Source: Octopus vulgaris
Taxonomy: Eukaryota
Assembly (NCBI GenBank): GCA_951406725.2
Contig: OX597827.1
Coordinates: 52,576,001 to 52,640,000, forward strand
DNA: 64,000 nucleotides
Direction: 5' to 3'
Below the pieces are notes generated by a model. That model was given only the letters and a program-made list of their open reading frames with translations. It was not told where the DNA came from and did not search any database. Both the position numbers and the translations under genes were made by a program. Of the stretch, positions 36,709 to 49,571 are shown one piece after another; the stretch's first letter is position 1; every line of letters starts with the position of its first letter.

Positions 36709-36790
36709 AATAACGATGGATTTTTTGGCCAATAATAAACTCTTATTAACTATAATATCTCTATTTTCTTATTCTTCATATAAATATATT

Positions 36791-36794
<4 letters not shown>

Positions 36795-36870
<76 letters not shown>

Positions 36871-36877
36871 TATTATA

Positions 36878-36928
<51 letters not shown>

Positions 36929-36950
36929 ATATGTGTGTGTGTATATATAT
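36795..36950. repeat. Compound (TC)n(TA)n(TG)n microsatellite
   Basis: Seen directly in the sequence. Confidence 0.95.
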
Positions 36951-37456
36951 ATTCTTTTACTTGTTTCAGTCATTTGCCTGTGGCCATGCTGGAGCATTGC
37001 CTGAGTACATATTCAGTCGGTTCTTTTGTTGAACCACTAAGTTATGGGAATGTAAACATACCATCATCAGTTGTAAGCTACTTACAGCCAATCCTGTTAA
37101 ATCTTGTGTTCCTGCTGTAAAGCTTTACTTCTACATATGCCAGCTTAATTTAATTCGTCCTTAGTCGAAAGACACCTGTTGTTTTTTTTCCCCGTTCTTG
37201 TTTTCACATACATTTGCTGCTTCCTTCCAAGGAATCTAATGCCCTTAGCTTATTTTTTTCCCTTGGGGCTGGCCAGATTGGAGCAATCTCGAGTATAGCC
37301 AGCTGAAATTGCAAAGATAATCTGGAACTCGACTGAGGATAGAAAACTGAATGACCCGTCTTTGTTTTCTTTGTATCGTCTGTCTGGATGTTTTGCATTC
37401 TTGTCCCATTTTTATATTTTTTATATATAAAATATAGCAGTGTACGTACACTTTGG

Positions 37457-37509
<53 letters not shown>

Positions 37510-37619
37510 ATATATATATATATGCAAAGAGACACATACGCAAAATTGTAGGATTTAAACATATTCAGCCGTTCCTTTTCTTCTCTAGGCTCTTCTTCTC
37601 ATTTACATATGTTTTTTCT

Positions 37620-37738
37620 TCACTCTGATGAAGCTCCATGTTCCCGATCGGTTTTATTACCAGATATGATGAATATTATTTTTAGCATATCAATGGCAAT
37701 ACTAAATAACACTGGAAGCAGAAACAGCTGTTAGATGG
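37620..37738 (+). ncRNA. Hammerhead-like motif with an ~88-nt extended stem II
   Basis: CTGATGA (37625-37631), gctccatgtt/aacactggaagc and tattaccagatatg/catatcaatggcaata pairings, GAAACAGCTGTT (37721-37732). Confidence 0.5.
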
Positions 37739-40047
37739 GATACAGTCTATTTGTATTGAATTAAAAAAATAATAATTGATGCCAGTCAATTGCTGTTGAT
37801 CAATACTTCTCCATTTTTTGTTTACTTTAAATTTGATTCCTGATAAACTCGTGTTTATCCTTGTCATTGCCTGTAATCTATGAGCATAATATGCTTGCGT
37901 ATGTATGTCCAGGGTTAACATAGGTAATTATACCGGTAGTATAATTCATACTTTCATGCCTTAGACGGTTATTCCAACCTATAACTCTGCTAACCGTTAC
38001 ACATGTATATACACACACATACATATATATATATACACATATTAATGTAAAATTGTTTTACTTATAAACTTGTTTTTATTGAACAAGAAAAACAAAACAA
38101 ATTTATAATACATACATATATATAAAAAAGATAATTCATGTCAAAGAACAAAAATAAAATAAAACAAATTTTTATATATTTTTAGATAAATTTATATGAT
38201 GATGTAAATAGTTAGTTCAGTGAAGGTTTGAAGCAGAAATATTAAACTGCCCTGACACCAGGTGCAAACCCCAACCAGAAGCTTATATATTAATGATTAA
38301 ATAAGATGAGAGTAAAATTTTAAGTTTGGTGTGAATGACAAAGTAACAGCAAATGTTAAAATATGGGGAGGGGGAAAGCAAGAGCGTATGTGAGATTGTG
38401 ACTGAAATTTCATCTAAAGTGGCTCACCAGATCTGATAAGCAGTTCATGGCAAATCTTAAGCCAGTCACTCTCAACACATGTGTTTTGAGTTTTTTTTTT
38501 TTTCAGTAAAGATTGTCTACTGTTTTTGATTTACCTTAAAAGCCACACACACACACACCAGTAAATCTATTCAAATACAAGTTACCAGACTGCAAACATA
38601 TATTTGTTATGTTGTTTACCAAGGGTTTTAACAAAAAAAATGCCAATACAGTTATCTGACCTTCTAATCTGTGTCCAAATAAAACCTTGGAACAGGTATG
38701 GTTAGAGCACTCTTGATATCGAAAAGGAATTTTATTCCATTTATGAGAATTATTTTACACACAGGCACATTTTAATCTCTGGAAGAAATCAACTGTTTCA
38801 GAACAGGAGATGAATTTTGCCAGATTTTAAAAATCACCCAAGACATATTGTATGTCATTCATTTAAATGTGACTGTTCTATTAGAACAAACTATACAGTG
38901 GTAGATATCATGAAAGAAACTCAAATATTGGCTTTTGGTACAAAATGCACTCTTAAGTCAATGCAAGGGTTTTTGTTTCTCATTTCACTACCACTGCTTG
39001 GTTTTTCTACATTTCCATGACTCAGCAGTTTGGTAACAGACTAACAGAATAAGTATCAGTCTTAAAAAAAAAAAGAACAAAAAAAAATGTTATTTGACTA
39101 AAAGCCTAGAAGGTGGTGCCCCAGTATGGCTGCAGTCCAATGACTGAAACAATAAAGGATAAAAGAAAAAATATATATCCATAAAAATGTGTGTGTGTAT
39201 AATCATAAACAAACATAGAGCAAATTGATGGAGTATGGAGGAGAGGCCCATTTCATTGCCTGGATAAGTGAATAAATGAATATGATCAGATGATGCACTC
39301 TAGAAGGTTTCAATAGCATCACAGAGATAAAATAAAGATAAAAATCATTATAGACAATAGAAATTAGACCAGTCATAAAGCAGCTAACTGAAGTATAACT
39401 GAAGTATAACTAGACAAGGTATAAATAATATAACCAAAAGTTTGTCTAACAAAAACAATTGGTAATCAAAATAAAAAAGCCATTCCAGACATTTAAATAG
39501 GAGAGGCAAAACAAAAAAGAAAAACAGAAATGGCATATATTTCTGCTGTTGTTGTTGTTGGTGTAATTAGTATCATTTTCTTATACAGCAAATGTCCTCA
39601 GCAAACAAACTCTGTCTCCGGATTTATATACGTTTCCAAACTGTTTTACATTTGTGAAAGACATGAACAGTAATATGTGGATTCATGCCAATGTTGAGCA
39701 ATCACAATCATCATTGTATCATTGTTCAATAAAATATAACAGCAATGTATAATGAACATAGTAATAACTCTCTCTGTTCAATATAAAATACTGCCTTCTT
39801 TATATTGGCATCATAGCCAATGCTATCATCTGGAATACTCTCTATAACTGTTTTTGATATGAGGTTATCCTCCTCTACAAAGCTATCCAGATAAGTGCAT
39901 CAAATATGAATGAAATAATATAATCTGATTTCTTTCTATGAGTCATTTGCTTCTCAACTCAATGTTATCCACTTCCCAAACAAGTATGAATGTATGCACT
40001 TGGTAAACAAGGCACAGTAACTAAGATGTTAGAGATTCTAGTGCTGT

Positions 40048-40265
40048 GTTTCTCAACCATTTTTTGCTTATTGATTTCTATTTTACTTGGATGTGCCCTC
40101 ACAGCTATTCAATGTTTTAAAAATCCCATTATATTTTCATAATTAAATAATATTAGGAATCCTATAAAAAATTAAAATATTTTGTGTATTGTAGAGGTAT
40201 AACCAATTTATTGTACCTAAATTTTAGAAACTAAATCTCATATGCACCCCAGTTGAGAAGCACTG
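40048..40265. mobile_element. hAT-type MITE
   Basis: CTGTGTTTCTCAAC...GTTGAGAAGCACTG termini; related 5' end at 60294. Confidence 0.6.
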
Positions 40266-41639
40266 TACAAGTGCATCACTAAGATTTCACATAATATTCT
40301 CCCCAGATTTGTTCCGTAGAGGTAATAACTTTCATGAAGTATGCAGGGATACATATATTTCAATTCTATTGTTAATACCTTTAAAATTATGATTTCAAAA
40401 CAAGATGTTTCACTTATGATTATTATGCCAATGGCTGTTGGTTTTATAAGAAAATATTTACAAGAAAATATTAAAGAAAGAAATATGAGCAATAGCTCCT
40501 GGTAATTCTAAATCATATTTTCGAAGATATTCTTTTTTATTTACTAAATCTTGTCAGAAATGAAAATCTAATCTCAATATTGAATGACATAGCTAACAGG
40601 ATGCATATATGGACAAATTAGAGCAAGTTATAACAACATACTTGTTCTTGATTTATAGTAGTTGCTAAGAGCATCTAATTTATTATTAACAACTAATCTA
40701 AGTAATTTTCTCAGTATTATAAATATTATAGAGTTATCAAATGGAAATAAAAAGATGATTACTGTGGTGCAACTATATAAGTGTGAAAAGATAGCATTAG
40801 AGCAATGTGCATTTTTTGTGTCTTGCCCTGTAAAGAATGATGTCCAGTTGCAGTTTGGGTTCATTGTGATATATATATAAATATATATTAGTTGGCAACT
40901 AGTTAGTCATCAGCTGGTAGATGTAGCTGCAATATAAACCTGAATCCTGATGGGCTGGCAAAATAAAACAGTGAATCAACTTCAATAGCCATGCAGTACG
41001 CTTAAAGTGCAATAAAAAAAAAATTATATATTATATATAAAGCATGCTCAAAATGTTATACTTGGCTTAAGAACAAGAACTGTAGTGTTGGTGTTGTGAT
41101 TCAAGGGCTTCAAAGAGTTTAGAAAAACTCTTCTGTGAATTGCAATAATCAAGTTAAAACATGATCAAGATTGATTTGGCTGATTATTTGCTTGGGTGAT
41201 AAATTTTATGTGGTGTTTATAAGTATTAATCTTTGTGTGGAAAGAAAAAAATAGCTTATAATAGTTATATAAAGAAAAGGGAGTTGCTGAAGGATAGATA
41301 GCCAGCAGTGAAATATAACTAAACAGATATGTATCATATATGGAACTGATTAAAGGCATAGCGTTTACCCTTAAATCAACATGCAGGATAAGGCCTAGTG
41401 CAGGGATATGTATTCTGTTGCACATGTGCTCAGGAGTAAAGTAGGATACAACAATATTTAGGTGGTATGCATTATACATTACTGTTCCATAATGTAATAA
41501 CATGTGAATATGCTCAAAATCACCAACAACATAAGAACATCAACACACCTGTCCAGATTATAACAAATACTGACCTTATTTGTTCAGAAGGGGCTTCAAA
41601 AACTACAGTCACTAGCTCTTCTCATTGGAATAAAAAAAA

Positions 41640-42600
41640 TTAAAAAAACCTTTCTCTTCTTTTGTGAATTACTTGTTGTTATTAAAAATTCCAAAAGGAC
41701 TCTGATGACATAGTAAAACTGCAGAATAGCCTGAATGCAATATACAAATGAGCTGATGAAAGTAACATGGAGTTCAAAGATGAAAAGTTTAAAACACTCC
41801 ACTATCGATTCACAAAGAAACTACAATTGGAAAACACAGAACCAAGGGGTGGTTCAATTCCACAGTCGCAGTCAGTGCATGACCTGGGAATCCACATGAG
41901 TAATGATGCAACATTCCATGTGCATATTACCAAGATGGCAACACAGCAGGAAAGTAGCTGGATGGATTCTGAGATCATTCAGAACCAGGAGAAAGGATAC
42001 AATGCTACTCCCATGGAAAACTTTTGGTCACCAATGAGTGTTAATTAAACTGGTGGCAGAACTTGAGGCAATCCAGCATCACTACACAAAGATTGACTTG
42101 GTGAAACAGATAAGCTACTGAGAAAGGCTACAGGAACAAAAACTCTACTGCCAGAAAGAAGGTGTGAAAAATATGGAGAGATATACATATGGAGGCTCAT
42201 AGGTCTAGCTTCCAACTTTGGAATTGAAAGCTATACCAACTACTGAACTGGATAGCACTGCATAGTACTAAAGATTACAATTTCTCCATCTAGAATAAGG
42301 ACTCAGTACTGTTACAGCTTGGGTTTCAAAGGTCCATAACTATTTAACATTCTGCCAAACAACCTCAGAAATTTGTGAGGTGTAGATGTTGAGGTCTTCA
42401 AAGAGCATTTGGATAAATTTTTATTTGAGATACCAGATGAACTGACATCATGGCAAGAGGCACAAAGAAAAGTAGCTCAATTCAACTTGCTACTTCACCA
42501 GAAACAATACAGAAAAGAAACCCAAACACACTGTAAGGTGGTGCTCCAGCATGGCCTCAATCTCTGGCTGAAACCAGTAAAAGAAAAGATAAAAGATAAA
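41640..42600 (+). mobile_element. CR1/L2-type LINE, 5'-truncated 3' portion with tail
   Basis: NMEFKDEKF...VHDLGIHMSNDATFHVHI...FKGP.LFNILP.NLR...FKEHLDKFL.EIPDE; ends in aaggtggtgctccagcatggcc...ctgaaaccagtaaaagaaaagataaaaga. Confidence 0.88.
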
Positions 42601-42978
42601 CTAGGTATAAATAATGAGGCATTGTAGTACCTGAAAGAGGCTGGCTTTAGTTGGAGGGCCAAATGCAAAATAAGCAAATCAATCTTCTAACAGATTTTGG
42701 ATTTTGCTTTTGGGTTTACTTAAGTAAACATTTCCTGTCATAGGAATGAGATTTGAAGAGAAAAACTGAATTTAGAATTTAGTAATTTAAAGAGGAGCAC
42801 TTGTTTGTAAGCCAAATATATATACATATATATATACTTTCAAGAAATAAAATTAAAAGACAAAAACATAAGATAGATTTCAAATAAAATAAAAGAAGTA
42901 GGGTAGGTTATCCACAAAGGATGCCAACAATGTGGATCTAATAGTATTAGAAGATGGGCAGCAGTGTGTTGAAGTTAC

Positions 42979-43020
42979 CTGAGATGCATCTGAGCTGGAC
43001 GGTTGCTGCTTGCCTGAATC
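42979..43020 (-). CDS. TACC: Candidate 42-nt TACC cassette exon (DSGKQQPSSSDASQ)
   Basis: Pyrimidine tract plus ctctag acceptor and CAG|gtaac donor; frame-preserving, stop-free, locally GC-rich. Confidence 0.55.
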
Positions 43021-44441
43021 CTAGAGTGAGAAAGCCCAGGTGAAAAAAAATAACAAGTTACAAACATTGACATATAGTTTCAGATTAAGTGATTTTACAA
43101 TAGTAAAGCAGGTTTGTGCATCTGTACATAGAGATACATTCGTAAGGACGGATGTTGAGTTGATGTGCTGGTTGGCTCAAATAGACAGACAGAAGCTGGA
43201 TTGCTGACAGGCTGACAAAAAATGGGGGTAAGAACATTAAAAGTAATTAGGTTGATGTATGTGTCTATGTGTAAAGTGATCAGTGCTAGTATCTGAAACA
43301 AAGATAAGACAAAAGTATAAAAGGCATATTCTAATAAACAAGATTTTATCATTTGGTGCACTAATGTCAATGAAACCTTTAGGATAATGATATAACTTAA
43401 CACTGGATATTTAGCTCAAAAGTTAACGTTTCAAAAACAAACATGTATCCTTGCAAAATTATCATCAGCAGGGATTAAAATAAGGTGCAATACCTCAAGT
43501 TGGAAAATATACAGGGGTGGGGGGAAACTGGATCTTTTTACAATTTCAAGCAGTTCAGTTCACTATTCTAACCCTTCTAGCACAAATATGCAATTTAGGA
43601 TATCCACTAATGTACTAGTCTGATTTATAACTGCATTATATAGCAGCTGATCTGTGCTATTGATTAGGAAAAAAAGCCAAGTATATCTCTGAGGAGCAGT
43701 CAACAAATTATGAAATGGTCTTCCAGGAAACTCCCTCAGTCTTTTACTGTACATAATAGCATAAAAAGAATGCATTTACATTATTAGTTCACCCACAGTA
43801 AAGCTTTGTAATATTCAAACTTAATTAAATTCTTTTTCAATTGTAATTTTGTAAAGGAATCTTCAATTCAACTTTTAACATGAATAAATTTTGTTAAAAT
43901 AATTTATAAATATATATAAAACCAAAAGTTGTACATTACAGACAGATGAATGACTAAAATAAAGTTTCAGTTACAGATGAAAATGTTGCATCACACACAT
44001 CTTGGTTCTAAATGCATAGACATGAGACAATTATAGATTAAGAATTAAAATGTTACTGTCTTTCTTTTAATTATTACCACAGATCAGACCTGGATTTATA
44101 TTTCCTACTTTATCTAAAAAAAATAAATTTTCCAGCTTCAAAGAAATTTACGTATGGCAGGTGGAATAACCAGGCACAGAAAAGAACTATGACACACCAG
44201 CACTTTTTTCCATGGTCAATCCATAAATAATAAAGAACTGCTTTTAACTATAATGAATAAAATGTATCAAAATACTGCATATGAGCACATTTTTTCCCAT
44301 CTTATACAGTTTTTATAGCTGAACAATATTTAGAAAATAAGGGTTTTCTTTGGAATATTTTTCATAATATTTTTTCTTTTAATTTTTGTTATTGACATAA
44401 AATAAACAACAAAATACACTCAACAAAGCGATTGCATAAGT

Positions 44442-44963
44442 CAGGGGTGGGGAAACTTTTTAGTGTGGCAGGCAAAAAAAGGGTCCACAGGCAGATCACA
44501 AATTCTAACTCCCATATCTAAGTAAATTTTGTACATATCTAGGTATAATTTGATATACATTAATAAAGATAAGTTCAAAACATTAAATTAATACGTAACA
44601 TCTTCATTAACGCTGCTACTAAATTTAAGACGTTTATATTACATATGAGGCGTTCTATATTTTTCAGCTAGAGTGTAGTTGGGGCTCAAGGGGGTGGTAC
44701 AAACCAAGTAATATGTGTTTTATGGTGAAAACAATATTTCCATTCAAATGGTAATTACTGGATGATTTTCAAGTTGAGTCTAAGTATTTTAAGTTGTAGT
44801 GGAAACGTGACCTATGTCGCAAATAGGCATATGAATATTGTATAAATTTCATAACTGAAAATTTACTATATTTTGTACATATGAGTATACCAGTCTGCGG
44901 GTGCAATAAAATGGGGTTGCAGGTGCAATTGCACCTGTGGGCAGGGGTTTCCCCCACACACTG
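44442..44963. mobile_element. Probable hAT-type MITE
   Basis: CAGGGGTGGGGAAAC...GTTTCCCCCACACACTG imperfect TIRs; TSD not evident. Confidence 0.5.
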
Positions 44964-45354
44964 CATTATAATTATATAATATAACATTGTATTTATGGAA
45001 AAGTTAAATATTTATGTGTGGAAGAACAGTGATGCAGTTTCAGACAAAATTTTATATCTCAGTTGACAAATATTAAAGGAATTTTGTGAGTGAAAATATC
45101 TCCGAATTATTAAATAATTTTATGGAGAATTCCTAAGGTTTATATAAATTAAAAATTGCTCATATGTAGCTAGAAGAGAAATTCTAATTCACAAGTGAAA
45201 GTTCATTTCATTCAGTCATACATACATTTGTACATACATACATATACCCCCCCAAAAAAAAACAACAACAACAAACAAACCATTATATGCTACACAAAAG
45301 AAGTTCAACATAATTTTTCACAAGTACTATATAAAGAAATGCAAGAAAATTTAC

Positions 45355-45387
45355 CTTGCTGAATGTCTTTGTGAACAGACAATTCAT
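45355..45387 (-). CDS. TACC: Candidate 33-nt TACC cassette or alternative start exon (MNCLFTKTFSK in phase 0)
   Basis: atcag|ATG...AAG|gtaaat; frame-preserving; no homology recognised. Confidence 0.35.
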
Positions 45388-48300
45388 CTGATAAATTCTT
45401 TAGAACATTTGTAAAATGTTCATTATAACAATTTTAGTAAATGCAAATAAAATCCATGCAAGAACAATGTAAATTGATTGGTTAATGTGGAAAGTAAAAG
45501 AATCAACAACGCCCAGCATAAGAAATATTTTGCTATGGCTGAATTGTTGAAAATGTTGAAACAAAAAAAGGCAAAAAACAAGGAACTTTAAAAGAAATTA
45601 TATGCTATGAAAAAATTTGTGAATATTGCTATGCAGACACAAACTTTTCAATGGTTTTGCAATGATAAAGGAATAATAACAATAATAATAAATAATATAT
45701 ATGTTTAAATGAAACATTAAGAATCTCTCAGAAACCAAGATTACTATGTCACCACTTGTAACAATAACAACAACTGCTATTGTTGAAATTGGAATAATCT
45801 GTTATATTAAAAAGTAAAATAATTAAATTGATGAAGTATTAGATCACTGAGGCTTGGAGTTATTAGTTTATATTCCATTGCATTCAGTTATGGTCTCTTG
45901 GTAAAAACAATTTTATTTGTTTTACTTCTCATCTATTCATTTAATATATGGGTATTAGCCTAATCAAATCTGAAATGCAAGTAATGTTTTCATCACCTAA
46001 TTATTTATAGCTATTTTAAAAAAATATTTCCAGCTAAACACCTCATTTGAAAAGCAAGAAGTAACATGACTATTACAATGTTTCCTAATAAAATGAAACT
46101 AAGCAATGTATAAAAACAAATGAAGAAAGATTAAAATCATGAAGAAATGCCAAACAAAATGAATATTGACAGAAATCAAACCAAGCAATAAAGAATTTAA
46201 CAACCCAGACCTATATAATTTTACAAAAGAATAAATTTTATATAGTTAAATGGAAAGAAACCAAAACAAAAAAAGCAGTTACTGTTACCACCACTACCAC
46301 ACCCATTACTATTTTATCAGCTCTGAATAAATTTAACCGAGGAATTATAGACAGAAACAGAGCTGGTTTAATATTTAAAAAATTGTAAAAATTACTTTTT
46401 GCTGAGCGATTCAACTAAATTTTATCCAACAAAACTCAGGCAATAAAGACCACACACACACAGAGACGAATTTACTATTTCTCACCAGGCTTCATCATCA
46501 TAAGCATAGTAGGTAGAGTATGGTATTGCTGAAAAAGAATTCTCCAATGGAATTATATTAACGATGACCTGAATAAGCCAAAGCGAACCACTTGTGAAAG
46601 GGATATTTAATTTCTTAAGGCCTTCCAAGCAAAATCTTTAATGTTGCTTTGCATCTATTCCTGCCTCTATATGATTGCTCACCATATTACAAATAACAAC
46701 CAAATTTCTCCTTTCATCTTAAATAAATTGCATTCGAATAGAATGCATTTGATCATTTATAGACCTTCTCAATCAGAGCTGACTTAGCACTGAACAACAA
46801 CAGTTTTATACTAACTACTTCAATTTAAAAACAATTTGTTGGTGAAGGCAAAGGTGGTGTTGTTGAATTTGTCTGCTTTATGATCAGATGACACAAATTC
46901 AGCAGCAAGGCTGCCTGGTAATGCACTTTCCCCATCTCTCATTGATGAGTTTTTTTCCCTCAATGATTATTATGTCATGATAAATGAAAACAAACTTTTG
47001 ACTGAGGCAAAATATATATTGACAAGGCTCCCAAGAAACGAGGGACTTTAAACAAGAAGGAACTCTCTAGCAGTTACTGGACCCCTTCCTCTCAATGACT
47101 GTACAAATTTGAACAGAAAAACTGCAACTTTCAGGATGAACACAATAGCTTGTAAACAAACTTTCTGGAGCCAAAGTTAAGCTAGCAATAATAATGATAA
47201 TAACAACTGATACATTGGTGAACAGAAAAGCCGCACTCTTTGTACAAGAAAACCAGGAAACTGTATCAATAATTGCGGAGTCTTTAGGTACATTGAGTAA
47301 TAAGTGGGTTGGAAGAGATAGGCATAAAACTGAAAATAGAACATGTCCAGAAAACAGATTACTTAGCAGTGCAAAGAATCTCAGCAAAGTCCTCGAGGCT
47401 TGAAAAAAAAAACAAAAACATACTACCTTAGTACACAGGAAGTGAACAGCTAGTACATTAACAACACTTCAAGTAAGAAGCTGAGTATGTCAGGTAATAA
47501 TAATAATAATAATAAAAATTAGTCCTGGGCAAACTTACTTATCTGACTAAAAAATAGTAACAGAATAAAATCAAATAAAAATATAAATCCAGGTAGAACT
47601 TAATTATATACTGTAGGGTTGACTGCACATTCTTTTCAGATGTGCAGTCAACCCTACTGAATATAATTACATTCTGCTTATATATTCTAAATATATAAAC
47701 AATCTTAGTAACCCAATAAGAACTGAATTATTGGAGGTTTAATATGCTTTGCTATCAGAATGATACAAATTAAATTTTAAGAAAATGCAAGGCCAAGAGC
47801 TTGCTAGTAAGAAAAAATGAAGTTTGTAAAAGTAGTTACAGTTCATCAAATACTACAGAACAATGATGCAATATATCAAAAATTTTTTGTGGTTTATTTA
47901 TAAATGTACTTATATCAATATGTTTAAACATTTTAAAAGCAGAAGTTGAGTTGTATTCTTGGTTGTGCAAAAACCAGCATCACTAATCAATTTTAATTAG
48001 AAAGTGACAAATTTGGGGATAGGGGTATAATTGATTAAATCAACCCTAAATATCTGACTGGAACCTATTTTACAAAGCTCAGACAGATGGATGACTTAGT
48101 CAGTCGGACAGCATTTGAATAAAAAAACATGGAAGGATATAAAGTAAGTAAATCTGCAAAGTGTTTCCTCTAATGCTATACCAATTCTGCAATTATCACT
48201 TTTAAGATGAAAGTAATGAACCCAAAACTAGAAACTAGTATCACTTTTGGTGGGCCAAGAGTTATGCAGCAAGATTAAAATTCATTTAAAAACAAAACTT

Positions 48301-48417
48301 TATATTCATATAAAATAAGTGATACTTATATTTTGATGATCCAATTCTTCAACCAACTGAACTAGCTACTTACTGTATAACAGTCCAGGTGGCTATGTGC
48401 TCCAGAGACACATACTC

Positions 48418-48668
48418 TTAACCCCTTTGATACCAACCTGCCTAATACTGCACCCAGTTCTGTTTTAAAGTGATCTAAATTAAAACTTTGCAACAAAATT
48501 TCATATTAATTTTTGTCCTAAACACCAATTTAATTTACGACGGGCTTCTTTCAGTTTCCGTCTACCAAATGTTGAAAATATTATTTTATTTATTTTACTA
48601 CTTTCATTATTTTCAAAATTAACTGAAGACAGCAAATTTTAAGAGAAATATGGTAACAAAAGGATTAA
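48418..48668. mobile_element. piggyBac-type MITE, family B
   Basis: TTAA-CCCCTTTG...CAAAAGGA-TTAA; homologous to 1509-1737. Confidence 0.7.
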
Positions 48669-49225
48669 TGTGATCCTTAGGCAAAATCAGTCTGACTGTG
48701 AGCAACAAAGCTCATCCCTTGAATTACAGGTAAAGTCCATCCAACAGGTTTCCACATAGGTTCAGTCTATCCAAATTTATTTACATGGCTCGGACTGACC
48801 TGAGGCCATGGCGAAGATACCAAGCAATGGGATTGAACTATAGACATCATGATTACAAAGTGAACTTTTCTAACAGGTCAATCATGGTACTATGTAGAGG
48901 TTTAGCTTATGTCACTGAGTGATGGCAAATATTGTTTGTCACATTAAGGTAGATATATTTGGTGTTATTTTACCTCTTAAAAAGAAAAAAAGGAAAGAAG
49001 GCATATTGGATACCCTCATTTGTCTGATAAACAACAACGGCAACAACTGTTGGTAACGTAGACCTCTATAGTATCTGTTTTTGTTGATGTTAAACCAACG
49101 ATGGTTAGATGACACAACTCCAGTGATTTTGCTTATGTTATGGACAATATCATTAATGAGGACTGGTAGGTAAATTGTTCAAGTATCAGTTATTAATAAT
49201 GCTATAACTTCTCAACAGTGTAAAG

Positions 49226-49571
49226 CAGTGATTCTCAACCTGGGTTCATATAAGATTTTTGGGGGTTCAAGCAAGCAAAATAGGGGATTTTAGGGGTCCA
49301 TGAAAAAATGTTGTATTAGATGTATTTATTGCAGGAAACAATTAGGTTTCTTTCTTTCATGTTTTATATAGCTCAACATATTCCTGGCCTTTGTAACATG
49401 TTCTCTAAGAGAGTTCTATTGCAAATCTACACAAGTGAGTGGGTGAAAAACAAAATTGTGAAAGAAGTATCAATAAAACTAGTTTTTAAACACTGAATGT
49501 CTACAAGGATCCACTAGAGTAAAACAGTAACCAAAGAGGTCCATAGGCTAAAAGACGGTTGAGAGCCGTTA
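49226..49571. mobile_element. hAT/Charlie-type MITE with an 8-bp TSD
   Basis: CAGTGATTCTCAACC...GGTTGAGAGCCGTTA; flanks GTGTAAAG / GTCTAAAG (7 of 8 match). Confidence 0.8.

Larger units (their letters stand above)
36347..36779. mobile_element. Penelope-like element remnant: inverted pair of pLTR-like arms forming a ~430-bp palindrome
   Basis: Arms of about 215 bp are reverse complements around ggcaga-c-tctgcc (centre about 36568); each arm carries a hammerhead-like motif. Confidence 0.7.

Noticed and set aside
36716-37628. ORFs of 134, 105 and 62 aa with YI/SL/HT runs
   Set aside because: Produced by TA, TC and CA microsatellites
47531-47555. Possible TACC microexon (ttttttag|TCAGATAA|gtaagt)
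   Set aside because: 8 nt, frame-shifting and with no supporting upstream motif; expected by chance in AT-rich DNA
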